IMG/VR virus record: IMGVR_UViG_3300030000_000409
Span: 10,284 to 74,283 of that record
DNA length: 64,000 nucleotides
Source of the DNA: a virus
Lineage: Duplodnaviria > Heunggongvirae > Uroviricota > Caudoviricetes
Strand: one strand, 5' to 3'
Under the pieces are notes generated by a model. The model saw only the letters and a program-made list of their open reading frames with translations. It searched no databases and was not told where the DNA came from. Positions 18,624 through 27,399 of this stretch are shown here, piece by piece (position 1 is the stretch's first letter; each line of letters opens with the position of its first letter). Made by a program: the position numbers and the translations under genes.

Positions 18624-20363
18624 ATGAAATATCAAAAAGAAATTTTCCTAGCATTTGAACGGCTAGGGTTTAATCCACGAAAAGGACAAGCAGAAGCAGT
18701 CAACAAGGTTCTTGAAGCCTTCTTGGATGAGAACATGAAGAACGTTGTAATGTCTGCCCCAACTGGTACTGGTAAAAGTATCATTGGGGCAGCGACAGCA
18801 GAAGCATTGTCTATTGTTAGAGGTGTTGAACATAATGCTCCCAAGTCAAGCATCATGTTATGTTCAACAAATACTCTATCGAAACAGTATGATGAAACCT
18901 TTTCTGAACTAGCTAAGCACAACAAGTACATAATGATCAAGGGTGCAAATAATTATCCTTGTTCAGCACTTTCTCAGAATGGTGAAGAAGAAAATGCAGA
19001 AAGCTGTGCTTGGTATTCAATGGTCAAATCATCTGAATTTGCTGACACGATTTGCAATCATTGCGATAGGTGTGAATTCCTTAATGTCAAGAAACGAAAA
19101 AACACTATTCGACATCTAACAACAAACTATTCATATTTCTTTGTTGATAGGATGTACACTGGAAAGTTTGAAGAACGCGATTTGGTTGTATGGGATGAAG
19201 CTCACTTGATCAACGATTTGTTCAGTGAACACAATGCGATTTACTTCTCTCAAAAGAGAATGTTGGCAATTGCTAAAGAGCTTTCTGAAACACTTTCATT
19301 AGTCGAAACAGATATTGCGAAAACAGTAATGGCAATCGCAAATGACTGCACCAAAAAAGACAAAATTAATGAAACAAACTATCGTGCATATCTATTAGGA
19401 TTGCAGAAGGTTTACGAGTATGCAAAGACTAGAGGTGAAGCTGAAGCTGAAAAAGCATTGAGAGCTAACTCAATGAAACGATATACTAGCATGAACAAGT
19501 TTGTGCGAAAGTATGAAGGTTTGAGCTGTAAAATTTCTGATTTCTTTACATATGAATACGATCATGTATTTGAAAATAAAGAAGATGAAGAATCCTGTAG
19601 CGTAAAGCCAGTGTTTGTTGGAGCTATGATGGAAACCCTTCAATGTTCTAATCACAATCTGTTTATGTCTGCTACTATTTCTAAAAACTTTCTAGAACGT
19701 ACGCTTCAGTTAGTACCAGATAAAACCAAATTTATCAAATTGGAACCAACATTTCCTAGAGAAAATAAAGAGGTAGTGTTCTTTGATCCACTATCATTGA
19801 ATTTTACTTCTCTAAAAAATCCAGATACTGTGAAAGCACTGAGGAAAAATGTTTTCAAAATTGTAAATAAGCATGTCAATGAAGGTGATAGAGGTATCAT
19901 TTTGACACCATCATTCAAGCTTCAAAATGAGTTGGTTGATGAGATTAAATCATTAGCTACATCTGGTAAAATGAAGCTATTTGAACATGTTCAAGGAACC
20001 AAACTTGAAATAACACTAGCATCCTTTAAGTCCTATACTGGTGATTTACCAGCAGTTCTTATTTCTCCATCCATATTTGAAGGTATCGACTTACCTGGTA
20101 AGTTATCCAAATTTCAAATTTTAGTTAAGGCTCCCTTCCCATCTTTGGGTGACAAACGTATGAAGTATATTCTGGATAGATACCCAGATATCTATCAACA
20201 GATTATGATTATGAAAGCAGTTCAAGGCGCAGGCCGATCTGTTCGATCTGAAACTGATAGTGCTGTCACTTATTGCACAGATCAAAATTTGTCAAGAGCA
20301 TGGGGATCAAATGCTAACATTTGGCAAGATGAATTCAATACACGGTTTACGCGTTTTATTTAA
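18624..20363 (+). CDS. DinG/XPD (Rad3)-family SF2 helicase with FeS-cluster cysteines
   Basis: Walker A APTGTGKS, DEAH-type VVWDEAHL, and a four-Cys cluster (C..SC...CNHCDRC) between motifs I and II as in XPD/DinG. Confidence 0.6.
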   Translation: MKYQKEIFLAFERLGFNPRKGQAEAVNKVLEAFLDENMKNVVMSAPTGTGKSIIGAATAEALSIVRGVEHNAPKSSIMLCSTNTLSKQYDETFSELAKHNKYIMIKGANNYPCSALSQNGEEENAESCAWYSMVKSSEFADTICNHCDRCEFLNVKKRKNTIRHLTTNYSYFFVDRMYTGKFEERDLVVWDEAHLINDLFSEHNAIYFSQKRMLAIAKELSETLSLVETDIAKTVMAIANDCTKKDKINETNYRAYLLGLQKVYEYAKTRGEAEAEKALRANSMKRYTSMNKFVRKYEGLSCKISDFFTYEYDHVFENKEDEESCSVKPVFVGAMMETLQCSNHNLFMSATISKNFLERTLQLVPDKTKFIKLEPTFPRENKEVVFFDPLSLNFTSLKNPDTVKALRKNVFKIVNKHVNEGDRGIILTPSFKLQNELVDEIKSLATSGKMKLFEHVQGTKLEITLASFKSYTGDLPAVLISPSIFEGIDLPGKLSKFQILVKAPFPSLGDKRMKYILDRYPDIYQQIMIMKAVQGAGRSVRSETDSAVTYCTDQNLSRAWGSNANIWQDEFNTRFTRFI

Positions 20364-20374
20364 TAGGAGAGATT

Positions 20375-20695
20375 ATGAAAAAGAGTTTGATTAGTTTGGC
20401 AATGTTTATGTTTTGTGGTGCTGCATTTTCTGTGCAGTGGATGCCCATTGTCACTTTGGATGATGGAACAAAAGTATCAATTGATGTTACGAGCGTGACA
20501 AAACCCGCGGCTCGCCAACGTCAAGGAACGATTCGTTGGGATTCAACAGGTGATTCATCTACCATCGTTGTCAACTGTACCAATCACACTTTTCATGTAC
20601 CACCTGAACAATGGACAAAGATTCATTATCCATCTATTGCTGGTGGATTTGAAAACACAACCTGTGGTGTTCCAGATAGTAAGTTTGGATACTGA
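20375..20695 (+). CDS. small secreted protein (signal peptide), unknown
   Basis: MKKSLISLAMFMFCGAAFSVQW signal peptide. Confidence 0.4.
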   Translation: MKKSLISLAMFMFCGAAFSVQWMPIVTLDDGTKVSIDVTSVTKPAARQRQGTIRWDSTGDSSTIVVNCTNHTFHVPPEQWTKIHYPSIAGGFENTTCGVPDSKFGY

Positions 20696-21199
20696 TTCCA
20701 GATTTCTTTTATACGTGTATGACATATAATAATTTTTTAGGAGAATAATAATGCAAAAATTGAAATATAAACCATCAAAGGGACAGTATCGTCTTTATCT
20801 AACCAATGTTGAAGCTGAACTACTTGCTTTTTTACTACAACACGTTCGTCTCGGTAAAGGCGATGAATACAAAGAAGCAGCCCTGGACCTATGTCAAGCA
20901 TTTCGTGAAACAGATGAATTTGAATTCTCTGAGCTAGAGCATTACATGTCATTGAGCGTGAGTGATACTGAAAGTGAAGGACCAGGAATTACGGTAAGTG
21001 AACTACATCAGAATGAAAATGATCACGGCGATACATGTTGTGGTAAATGTTCAGGTGCTTGCAGTGATCAACATATCAGTATCTCAACACCAGGTGATAT
21101 TGAGTTTGTTACTGGATCACTTTTGACATCATCAGATATCATTGAAGAGATTAGGCGTCGCAAGCGTTTGTTGGAAGAAACTTCACGTCAACAGAATCT

Positions 21200-21781
21200 A
21201 TGATTACAAATTTTTTAATTGAGGGACTAGATAGATTAGGAAAGGATACCCTTATCGATGGATTATTAAATCGATATGGGTATGCTGAAGTCCATCATCG
21301 TAAGAAACCATTATCGCTTTCCTTTTACAACAATTTTGCTACTCCAAATCGTTCAGGTTTACAGCTTTATCAATCTTCGTGTTTCAAACATGACATGCAA
21401 TTATTGAAAGTTTCTGAATTATGTGGTATTAAAAATATCTTCAATCGTGCATGGTTGGGTGAAGCTGTTTATTCAAATCTCTACCGAGGATATGACGGCA
21501 ATTACGTCTTTGAATTGGAAAATGAATGTGATCTTCACAAATTACAATCAACTCGACTGATTCTTTTAATTGAAGATTTTAATACTTCCAAACACTTTGT
21601 TGATGATGGTGACTCATTTGACATTTCTAAACGTGTTGAGGAACAGGACATGTTCGTTAGAGCGTTTGATAAATCATTGATCAAAGATAAACGAATTGTA
21701 TGTGTCACTGATTTTAGGACCGGTCAATTCAAAAGCAAAGAACAAATACTTGAAGAAGTAACAATGGAGATTACCACTTGA
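21200..21781 (+). CDS. 1: deoxynucleoside monophosphate kinase, T4 gp1-like (hm-dCMP/dNMP kinase)
   Basis: IEGLDRLGKDTLIDGL parallels the T4 gp1 P-loop LSGVKRSGKDTTADFI. Start and stop overlap the neighbouring genes, consistent with one operon. Confidence 0.5.
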   Translation: MITNFLIEGLDRLGKDTLIDGLLNRYGYAEVHHRKKPLSLSFYNNFATPNRSGLQLYQSSCFKHDMQLLKVSELCGIKNIFNRAWLGEAVYSNLYRGYDGNYVFELENECDLHKLQSTRLILLIEDFNTSKHFVDDGDSFDISKRVEEQDMFVRAFDKSLIKDKRIVCVTDFRTGQFKSKEQILEEVTMEITT

Positions 21782-22992
21782 AAGTAGCAGTAATTAAATT
21801 GGGGTCCCGCATTTCTTTTAATGCCAATGATACATCCGGGGCAAACGGTGAAGCTCGAAGTATCTGTAAAATGTTGAAGCTTGGTGGAGCCGAAGTTCAT
21901 ATTTACACAAAAATATTGAAGAAAGATAATCTTATCGAAGATTATCATTGGCATTCTTTAAACACTGTAGAAGCATCTAAAGTAAGTGATATTGAAGAAC
22001 GTATTTTTGTTGATAAATATTCAAGCACTTATATTGAACACCGTAAAATTCAATTAGTTGGTGACCTATCTAATATGGATGCATTGGTTGTACTAAATGG
22101 AACAGTTCAATTTTATGGTGGTGAGGAAGATCCAGAACAATTGTTGAATTATTTTATCATCAACAACTTCAAGGGTAAAGTGTTCTACATTTACTGTGAT
22201 CCAGAACTTACATTGAAGCAGGTATGGCCTTCAGTTTCAAAGAAGCCTTGGGCTAGTAACTGGTCACAATCTGATCTTGAGATAACCCGTACAGATATCG
22301 TTTATTTAAGTCAACCACATAATGTTAACCACATTTTAGATGACCTTAAAAAGAACGAAGTTATTCCTCGAGAAATTATTCACTACCCTTTTGAACAGTT
22401 TCCGTGTTTGAATGAACAACTCCCATTCAATCCATCTCCTGAAGTTGATCTATCTTATGGTGGAACAATGCGTGGTGGTAAACGTGAAAAGAAGATGGCA
22501 AGATTTTACTTTGGACATACTTCAGAACTTTCTGTTGAAATGTTCGGTAAGATTAAAGAGGAAGATTTCAACCCTAAAAATATCTTCGGTTTAACAACAC
22601 CAACATTTTCTGGTCCAGTCAAGTACGATGACATGCTTCCTAAAATGAATAAGTCGATGGCACATTGTGTTATCGGTGATCCATATTATGAAAAGATTGA
22701 AGATATGGCACAACGTTGCTATGAATCTATCTGGTCAAATGTTGTGACTTTCATTGACAGTGACATGGATAAGTTACGACGAGTGTATGGTAAAGATAGA
22801 GTTTTGTCTGATTTTCTTTATGTCACAGATCGTCAAGAGCTAGCAGAAAAGATTCTTCTACTCAAGGAAGATAATGATCTAAGAAAACAAATTCTTCAAG
22901 ATCAACTAAAGGCGGTGAACTTCAATCCTGAAAAATACTGTACAGATTTTGTTAACCTTATTAAACTTTTTGCATCACTAAAATATGATTAA
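21778..22992 (+). CDS. bgt: DNA beta-glucosyltransferase (hmC-DNA beta-glucosyltransferase)
   Basis: Collinear with T4 beta-gt as recalled: MKVAVIKLGSRISFN vs MKIAIINMGNNVINF; KVFYIYCDPELTLKQVWPSVSKKPWA vs KIYYLFTDIRLPFSQSWPNVKNRPWA; DLSYGGTMRGGKREKKM vs DVIYGGSFRSGQRESKM; CVIGDPYYE vs LIIGDKNYN. TTG start with GGAG 9 nt upstream. Confidence 0.75.
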   Translation: MKVAVIKLGSRISFNANDTSGANGEARSICKMLKLGGAEVHIYTKILKKDNLIEDYHWHSLNTVEASKVSDIEERIFVDKYSSTYIEHRKIQLVGDLSNMDALVVLNGTVQFYGGEEDPEQLLNYFIINNFKGKVFYIYCDPELTLKQVWPSVSKKPWASNWSQSDLEITRTDIVYLSQPHNVNHILDDLKKNEVIPREIIHYPFEQFPCLNEQLPFNPSPEVDLSYGGTMRGGKREKKMARFYFGHTSELSVEMFGKIKEEDFNPKNIFGLTTPTFSGPVKYDDMLPKMNKSMAHCVIGDPYYEKIEDMAQRCYESIWSNVVTFIDSDMDKLRRVYGKDRVLSDFLYVTDRQELAEKILLLKEDNDLRKQILQDQLKAVNFNPEKYCTDFVNLIKLFASLKYD

Positions 22993-23452
22993 ACTTACAA
23001 TTGGTACTAGAGTTCAAACCTCATTCACTCCTATTGACATGTATGAACTTGTTGTCACAGGTATGAGCGGTGATGGTGATCACTATGAAAAAACTTCTGA
23101 TTATGGTGATCAAGAACAGATAGCTGAATGGATTAATATTCTTAATGCCGTCTCTGGTTTAGGATGGAATGCACGATGTTGTGATGATGACGCGGTTTTT
23201 GCTGCTATTTCAAAGCGTGCTGAAGAATTGGAAACTGACCCCGAAGAAGCGGTAGATTGGTATTCTGATATGGTTGGTAGTGATATCACCTCAAATGACG
23301 GATTACATGCAATGTTTACTGGTGCAGAAGTATTCTGGTATGATCCAGATGGTGAAAAATTTAATGTGAACGTTGAAGGGTTAATCACCCCCGCCTGATT
23401 GAATTTCCCGTAAATACAACGTGCCCGGATTTCGGGAGATAAGGAGAAAAAT

Positions 23453-25312
23453 ATGAAGATAGTTATTTGTTCAGGTGGTACAGGTTCAATTGCATTACAA
23501 ACAGGATTGTACAAAACGTTCCAAGATATTGATGGGGTCGATATCAAAATTTTGATTAATGCATATGACAATGGTAAGTCAACGGGTGATGTTAGACGGG
23601 TTGCTGGAGGTAAAATTCTTGGACCTTCAGATATGCGCAAAAATCAAACCACGCGTTTATCTTTAGAAAATATCAAGTCACCATGGTTAAGCTATCTTGA
23701 TATTCGTTTTACTGAAGAGTCAACTAAAGCTAAACAGTACTGCGAAGAACAGACTGACATTCTTAGAAGTCAAATTACTGATGACATTTCAGAAGTGTAT
23801 GAAGCTATTGACATTTATTTCAAGAAACATTCTGCAGAAAAAATTAACTATACGGATTTTGCTCTAGCTAATATCGTTTATGCAGGCTTATCTATTAAGC
23901 ACAATAATTCACTTCGTATGGCAGGAAGTGTCATGGCTAGATTGATGGGAATTAGTGACAACGTTATTCTCAATGACGACACATCATTGTTTTTAGGAGC
24001 AATCTCTAAGTCAGGTGAACACGTTTCTGATGAAGGTGATATTGTTGCTTGGGGTAAAAAAGATGACCCATTTGTGAATGTCTATTTTACTGATACTGAA
24101 GGATATAGTTTCAAACCAATTTTGTGTGATGAAGCACGAGATGCTTTGATTGATGCTGATCTAATTATTCTTTCTTCTGGAACATTTTGGGCTTCATTGA
24201 TGCCTACTTATGTCAGTATTGGTTTTAAAGAAGCCATGGCACAGACAAAGGCAAAGGTGCTAATGGTTATGAATCGTTTCCCTGATACAGATAGTCCAGG
24301 TCAAACGGGTACGGAAATTATCAATGCACTGGTGCCAAGCATCTTTAAAGAAAAGCAGATTACGATTGTTGCAGACTCGTCTGGTTCTCCACAGATGAAT
24401 GCATTTGAGAAAGATATTTTTAATCTCATTGATAGGTTGTATGTTGACAATTTAATGATGACTGGAGAAACTTCGCCATCTGACATGAAGAAACATAATC
24501 CTATTAAGCTAGCACGACTTGTTGGTGTTGCTTATTTCGGTGATGCTTTAACATCATCTCATTTTATGTTTGATTATGATGACACGTTAGTTGGTAGAGG
24601 TAATAAATTGCCTAAATCATCTAGAGTCAATATTGTTGAACTTAACAGATTGAATTCAAAATTAAAGAACAGTTTATCAATATGCACTGGGAACAGTATC
24701 AAGGCAATCGATTTAAATATTGGTGAATGGCATGTTGATCTTATTAGAAGTATAAATATTTTTGCAGATGGTGGAGTAAATAATTACACTTATCTAGAAG
24801 ATACATCAAGCACCGATGACAATAATAGAAAGATAACATTTAATGGATGTGTAAACGATTCATACATTATTCCAGAAGAAGTTATTAATCAATTGGTTTG
24901 GCGTTTAAGAGATGCTGGAATTCAATTCTACAAAATTGAAATCCGCGGCGGTGTTATGATTTCTATTAAGCCTATTGAACAGGAATATAGAAAACCAATT
25001 CTGACATTAGTCAAGATGATCTTAGCAGAATTTGTGAACATCGAATTGGTAGCTAAATTATCTGGTAGGACCACTATTGAAATAGCTCATAAAGATATTT
25101 CAAAAGCTGATGCACTTAGAAGCATTCTTCAACAACCCAATGTTACAAGTATCACATATGTGGGAGATGAATTGCTAAGTGGTAATGATTCACCCATCGC
25201 AATGTTAGCTCAACAGGATAGTAGAATTAAAACTCTAAATGTATCATCTCCTTCTCAGACAGCATTTTTCCTAAAAACGCTGTCACGTGGAAAGTCATCA
25301 TACTCTTTATAA
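23453..25312 (+). CDS. CofD/YvcK(UPF0052)-family transferase fused to a C-terminal HAD-superfamily phosphatase domain
   Basis: N-terminal MKIVICSGGTGSIALQTGL...INAYDNGKSTGDVRR...GPSDMRKN matches CofD/YvcK motifs (SGGTGT.KLL.GL; DDGGSSG.LR; PGD.RN). C-terminal FMFDYDDTLV (HAD motif I, DxDxT) and YVGDELLSGND (motif IV). Strong AAGGAG RBS. Confidence 0.6.
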   Translation: MKIVICSGGTGSIALQTGLYKTFQDIDGVDIKILINAYDNGKSTGDVRRVAGGKILGPSDMRKNQTTRLSLENIKSPWLSYLDIRFTEESTKAKQYCEEQTDILRSQITDDISEVYEAIDIYFKKHSAEKINYTDFALANIVYAGLSIKHNNSLRMAGSVMARLMGISDNVILNDDTSLFLGAISKSGEHVSDEGDIVAWGKKDDPFVNVYFTDTEGYSFKPILCDEARDALIDADLIILSSGTFWASLMPTYVSIGFKEAMAQTKAKVLMVMNRFPDTDSPGQTGTEIINALVPSIFKEKQITIVADSSGSPQMNAFEKDIFNLIDRLYVDNLMMTGETSPSDMKKHNPIKLARLVGVAYFGDALTSSHFMFDYDDTLVGRGNKLPKSSRVNIVELNRLNSKLKNSLSICTGNSIKAIDLNIGEWHVDLIRSINIFADGGVNNYTYLEDTSSTDDNNRKITFNGCVNDSYIIPEEVINQLVWRLRDAGIQFYKIEIRGGVMISIKPIEQEYRKPILTLVKMILAEFVNIELVAKLSGRTTIEIAHKDISKADALRSILQQPNVTSITYVGDELLSGNDSPIAMLAQQDSRIKTLNVSSPSQTAFFLKTLSRGKSSYSL

Positions 25313-25324
25313 GGATAATCAAAA

Positions 25325-26107
25325 ATGGCAACTGATATAACAGCCGATCTTTACATTATTGCAGCAGGTAAAGGAACACGCATGGGTAATAAGTTGCCAA
25401 AAGCACTTATCCCATTCAATGGAGAACCATGTTTAACACACACACTTAAAAACATAGGACAACATTTCAGAAATGTTTTTGTTGTTATAAATGAAGATAT
25501 TCAAGATGTGTGGGATAGATACAAGTCAGAAATTTCACTTAGTAGTCACCCATTCTCAATGAATGTTCAGTTTATTCCTATCAAATCTGGTTTGGGAGAT
25601 GGACATGCTACCTTAATGGCTCTTGAAAAAGCGCCCGCTATAGCAACATTATCTCCAGAAATAGTAGTATGTTGGGGTGATGTTTATTTTCATCAACCAG
25701 AAATAATTACTGAACTTCTTAGCATGAAGATGTCTTCTAATGGAATAGTTCCAGCTCTACTTGAACAAAATCCGTATGTTACTTTGTTGGTTGATGATAC
25801 TCTAAACTGTATGTCAGCGGATTTCTCAAAATACGGTGAGCAACACCCAAGTGGTTTTCATGATCAATCAGTCTTCAGACTGAAGTATGATGTGACTGTT
25901 GCTGCTCTTTCAAGACTTCATAAAGCATTTTGGAAAAATGGAAGATATGCAACCCCTGGTGGCGAGCTTTCACTGTTGTATATTTTCCATTACTTGTACA
26001 ATCTAGAATGCCCAGTAACAGTATATGAAACTAGTCACTCGACAAAATCTTTTAACACTGACACAGAAGTCAAATTAATACGCGAGGAAATTTTAAATGA
26101 CAAATAG
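25325..26107 (+). CDS. sugar-phosphate/NDP-X nucleotidyltransferase (GlmU/MobA/IspD/CofC-like NTP_transferase fold)
   Basis: LYIIAAGKGTRMGNKLPKALIPF is the canonical NTP-transferase N-terminal motif (h.AAG.GTRM....PK.L). Confidence 0.6.
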   Translation: MATDITADLYIIAAGKGTRMGNKLPKALIPFNGEPCLTHTLKNIGQHFRNVFVVINEDIQDVWDRYKSEISLSSHPFSMNVQFIPIKSGLGDGHATLMALEKAPAIATLSPEIVVCWGDVYFHQPEIITELLSMKMSSNGIVPALLEQNPYVTLLVDDTLNCMSADFSKYGEQHPSGFHDQSVFRLKYDVTVAALSRLHKAFWKNGRYATPGGELSLLYIFHYLYNLECPVTVYETSHSTKSFNTDTEVKLIREEILNDK

Positions 26108-26759
26108 ACAACAGCCCATTCTAATCACATTGACAGCCCCATCTTGTGGAGGTAAAAGTTATCTTCTTAACTACATACGTGACATTGCAAAAATGCCATG
26201 TTTGATCTCAACCACTACAAGACCTCCTCGAGCAAATGAAGTTGAAGGAGTTGATTATTATTTCATCACCGAAGAACAGTCTATTCAGTTAGCAGTTATG
26301 GATCAATTTGCTGAATTAGCAATCTATAACGGTGTTCGATATGGGGTGACACGTAAAGAACTTAAAGAAAAACTTTCATCTGGTTATGCATTCCTGATTA
26401 TCGAACCAGGTGGTCTCGAAGGGTACGTTCAATCTGCTATTGATATGGGTGCGAAGCATCTTAAGTACTACATCCATACTGATCCAGAAACACGCATTGA
26501 AAGATTCTATGATCGCGTGAACAAAGACGTTACAAAATTATTCGGAAAAACTCTTGATCGTGAATATACGAAACTCGATTTAGAAAGTGATACTAAGGAA
26601 ATAATTCATGCATCACTGACAAGGTTCAGAAATATGCTAACAACGGAAATGACATGGGGCAGTGATTACCAATGGGACAGAATACTATTTGGTACAACAT
26701 TTCCAGAAGAAAATTTACAAATCATTCAAAATGATATTAGGGAATTGATTAAAAGCTGA
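26097..26759 (+). CDS. guanylate-kinase-like P-loop kinase
   Basis: P-loop LTAPSCGGKSYLLNYI and STTTRPPRANEVEGVDYYFITEEQ match GMP-kinase motifs (GPSG.GKSTL; TTR.PR.GE..G.DY.FV), plus IYNGVRYGVT. Start overlaps the upstream stop. Confidence 0.6.
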   Translation: MTNRQQPILITLTAPSCGGKSYLLNYIRDIAKMPCLISTTTRPPRANEVEGVDYYFITEEQSIQLAVMDQFAELAIYNGVRYGVTRKELKEKLSSGYAFLIIEPGGLEGYVQSAIDMGAKHLKYYIHTDPETRIERFYDRVNKDVTKLFGKTLDREYTKLDLESDTKEIIHASLTRFRNMLTTEMTWGSDYQWDRILFGTTFPEENLQIIQNDIRELIKS

Positions 26760-26807
26760 CAGTCTATTAAATAAATAAATCATCAAATAACACATAAAGG
26801 ATAACAC

Positions 26808-27236
26808 ATGACAAATACTACTCCCTCTTTCTGGCCAGCTGATATTGAAGATATGCACACTAAATTCGGTGTGAATAAAGTTGTTGCTACTCTCGATAAA
26901 GAACAACTCAAAACATATTTGAAGTTTCGTCTTGACATGGTCCAAGAAGAAGTAACTGAAGCAATGAGTGCATTCGCATCTGGAGATGCAGATGGTGTCG
27001 TTGATGCTTTGATTGACAATATCGTTTTTGCTATTGGTACATTGGATGTTTTCGGAATTGATCCATATGCTGCTTGGAATGAAGTCCATTCAAAGAATAT
27101 GGAAAAATCACCAGGTGTAAAAGCTGGTCGTCCAAATCCATACGGATTCCCTGACCTTATTAAGCCACCGTCATGGCAGGCGCCGGTTCATTTAGATAAT
27201 CTAGGGTTGTTATCTAAAGTATTCCCACAGGAGTAA
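26808..27236 (+). CDS. MazG/HisE-like all-alpha NTP pyrophosphohydrolase (possible dCTPase, a gp56 functional analogue)
   Basis: LKFRLDMVQEEVTEAMSA...DADGVVDALIDNIVFAIGT...WNEVHSKNMEK fits the EE..E/D..DA.D/EVH.SNM.K pattern of phage MazG-like dNTP pyrophosphatases. Confidence 0.5.
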   Translation: MTNTTPSFWPADIEDMHTKFGVNKVVATLDKEQLKTYLKFRLDMVQEEVTEAMSAFASGDADGVVDALIDNIVFAIGTLDVFGIDPYAAWNEVHSKNMEKSPGVKAGRPNPYGFPDLIKPPSWQAPVHLDNLGLLSKVFPQE

Positions 27237-27399
27237 TCATGAATAACCAGGGAGCATCTGCTAAAAAATTCTTATAATGGGACTCCCTGTGTCTGGTAAA
27301 TGCAAATGAAGTATTAAGCGGTAGTTGCTGCCATTTATTGAGTTGAATAGATAATCCAATAAATAAATTATCTATCAATTATCGAGAGCTATTCACATT

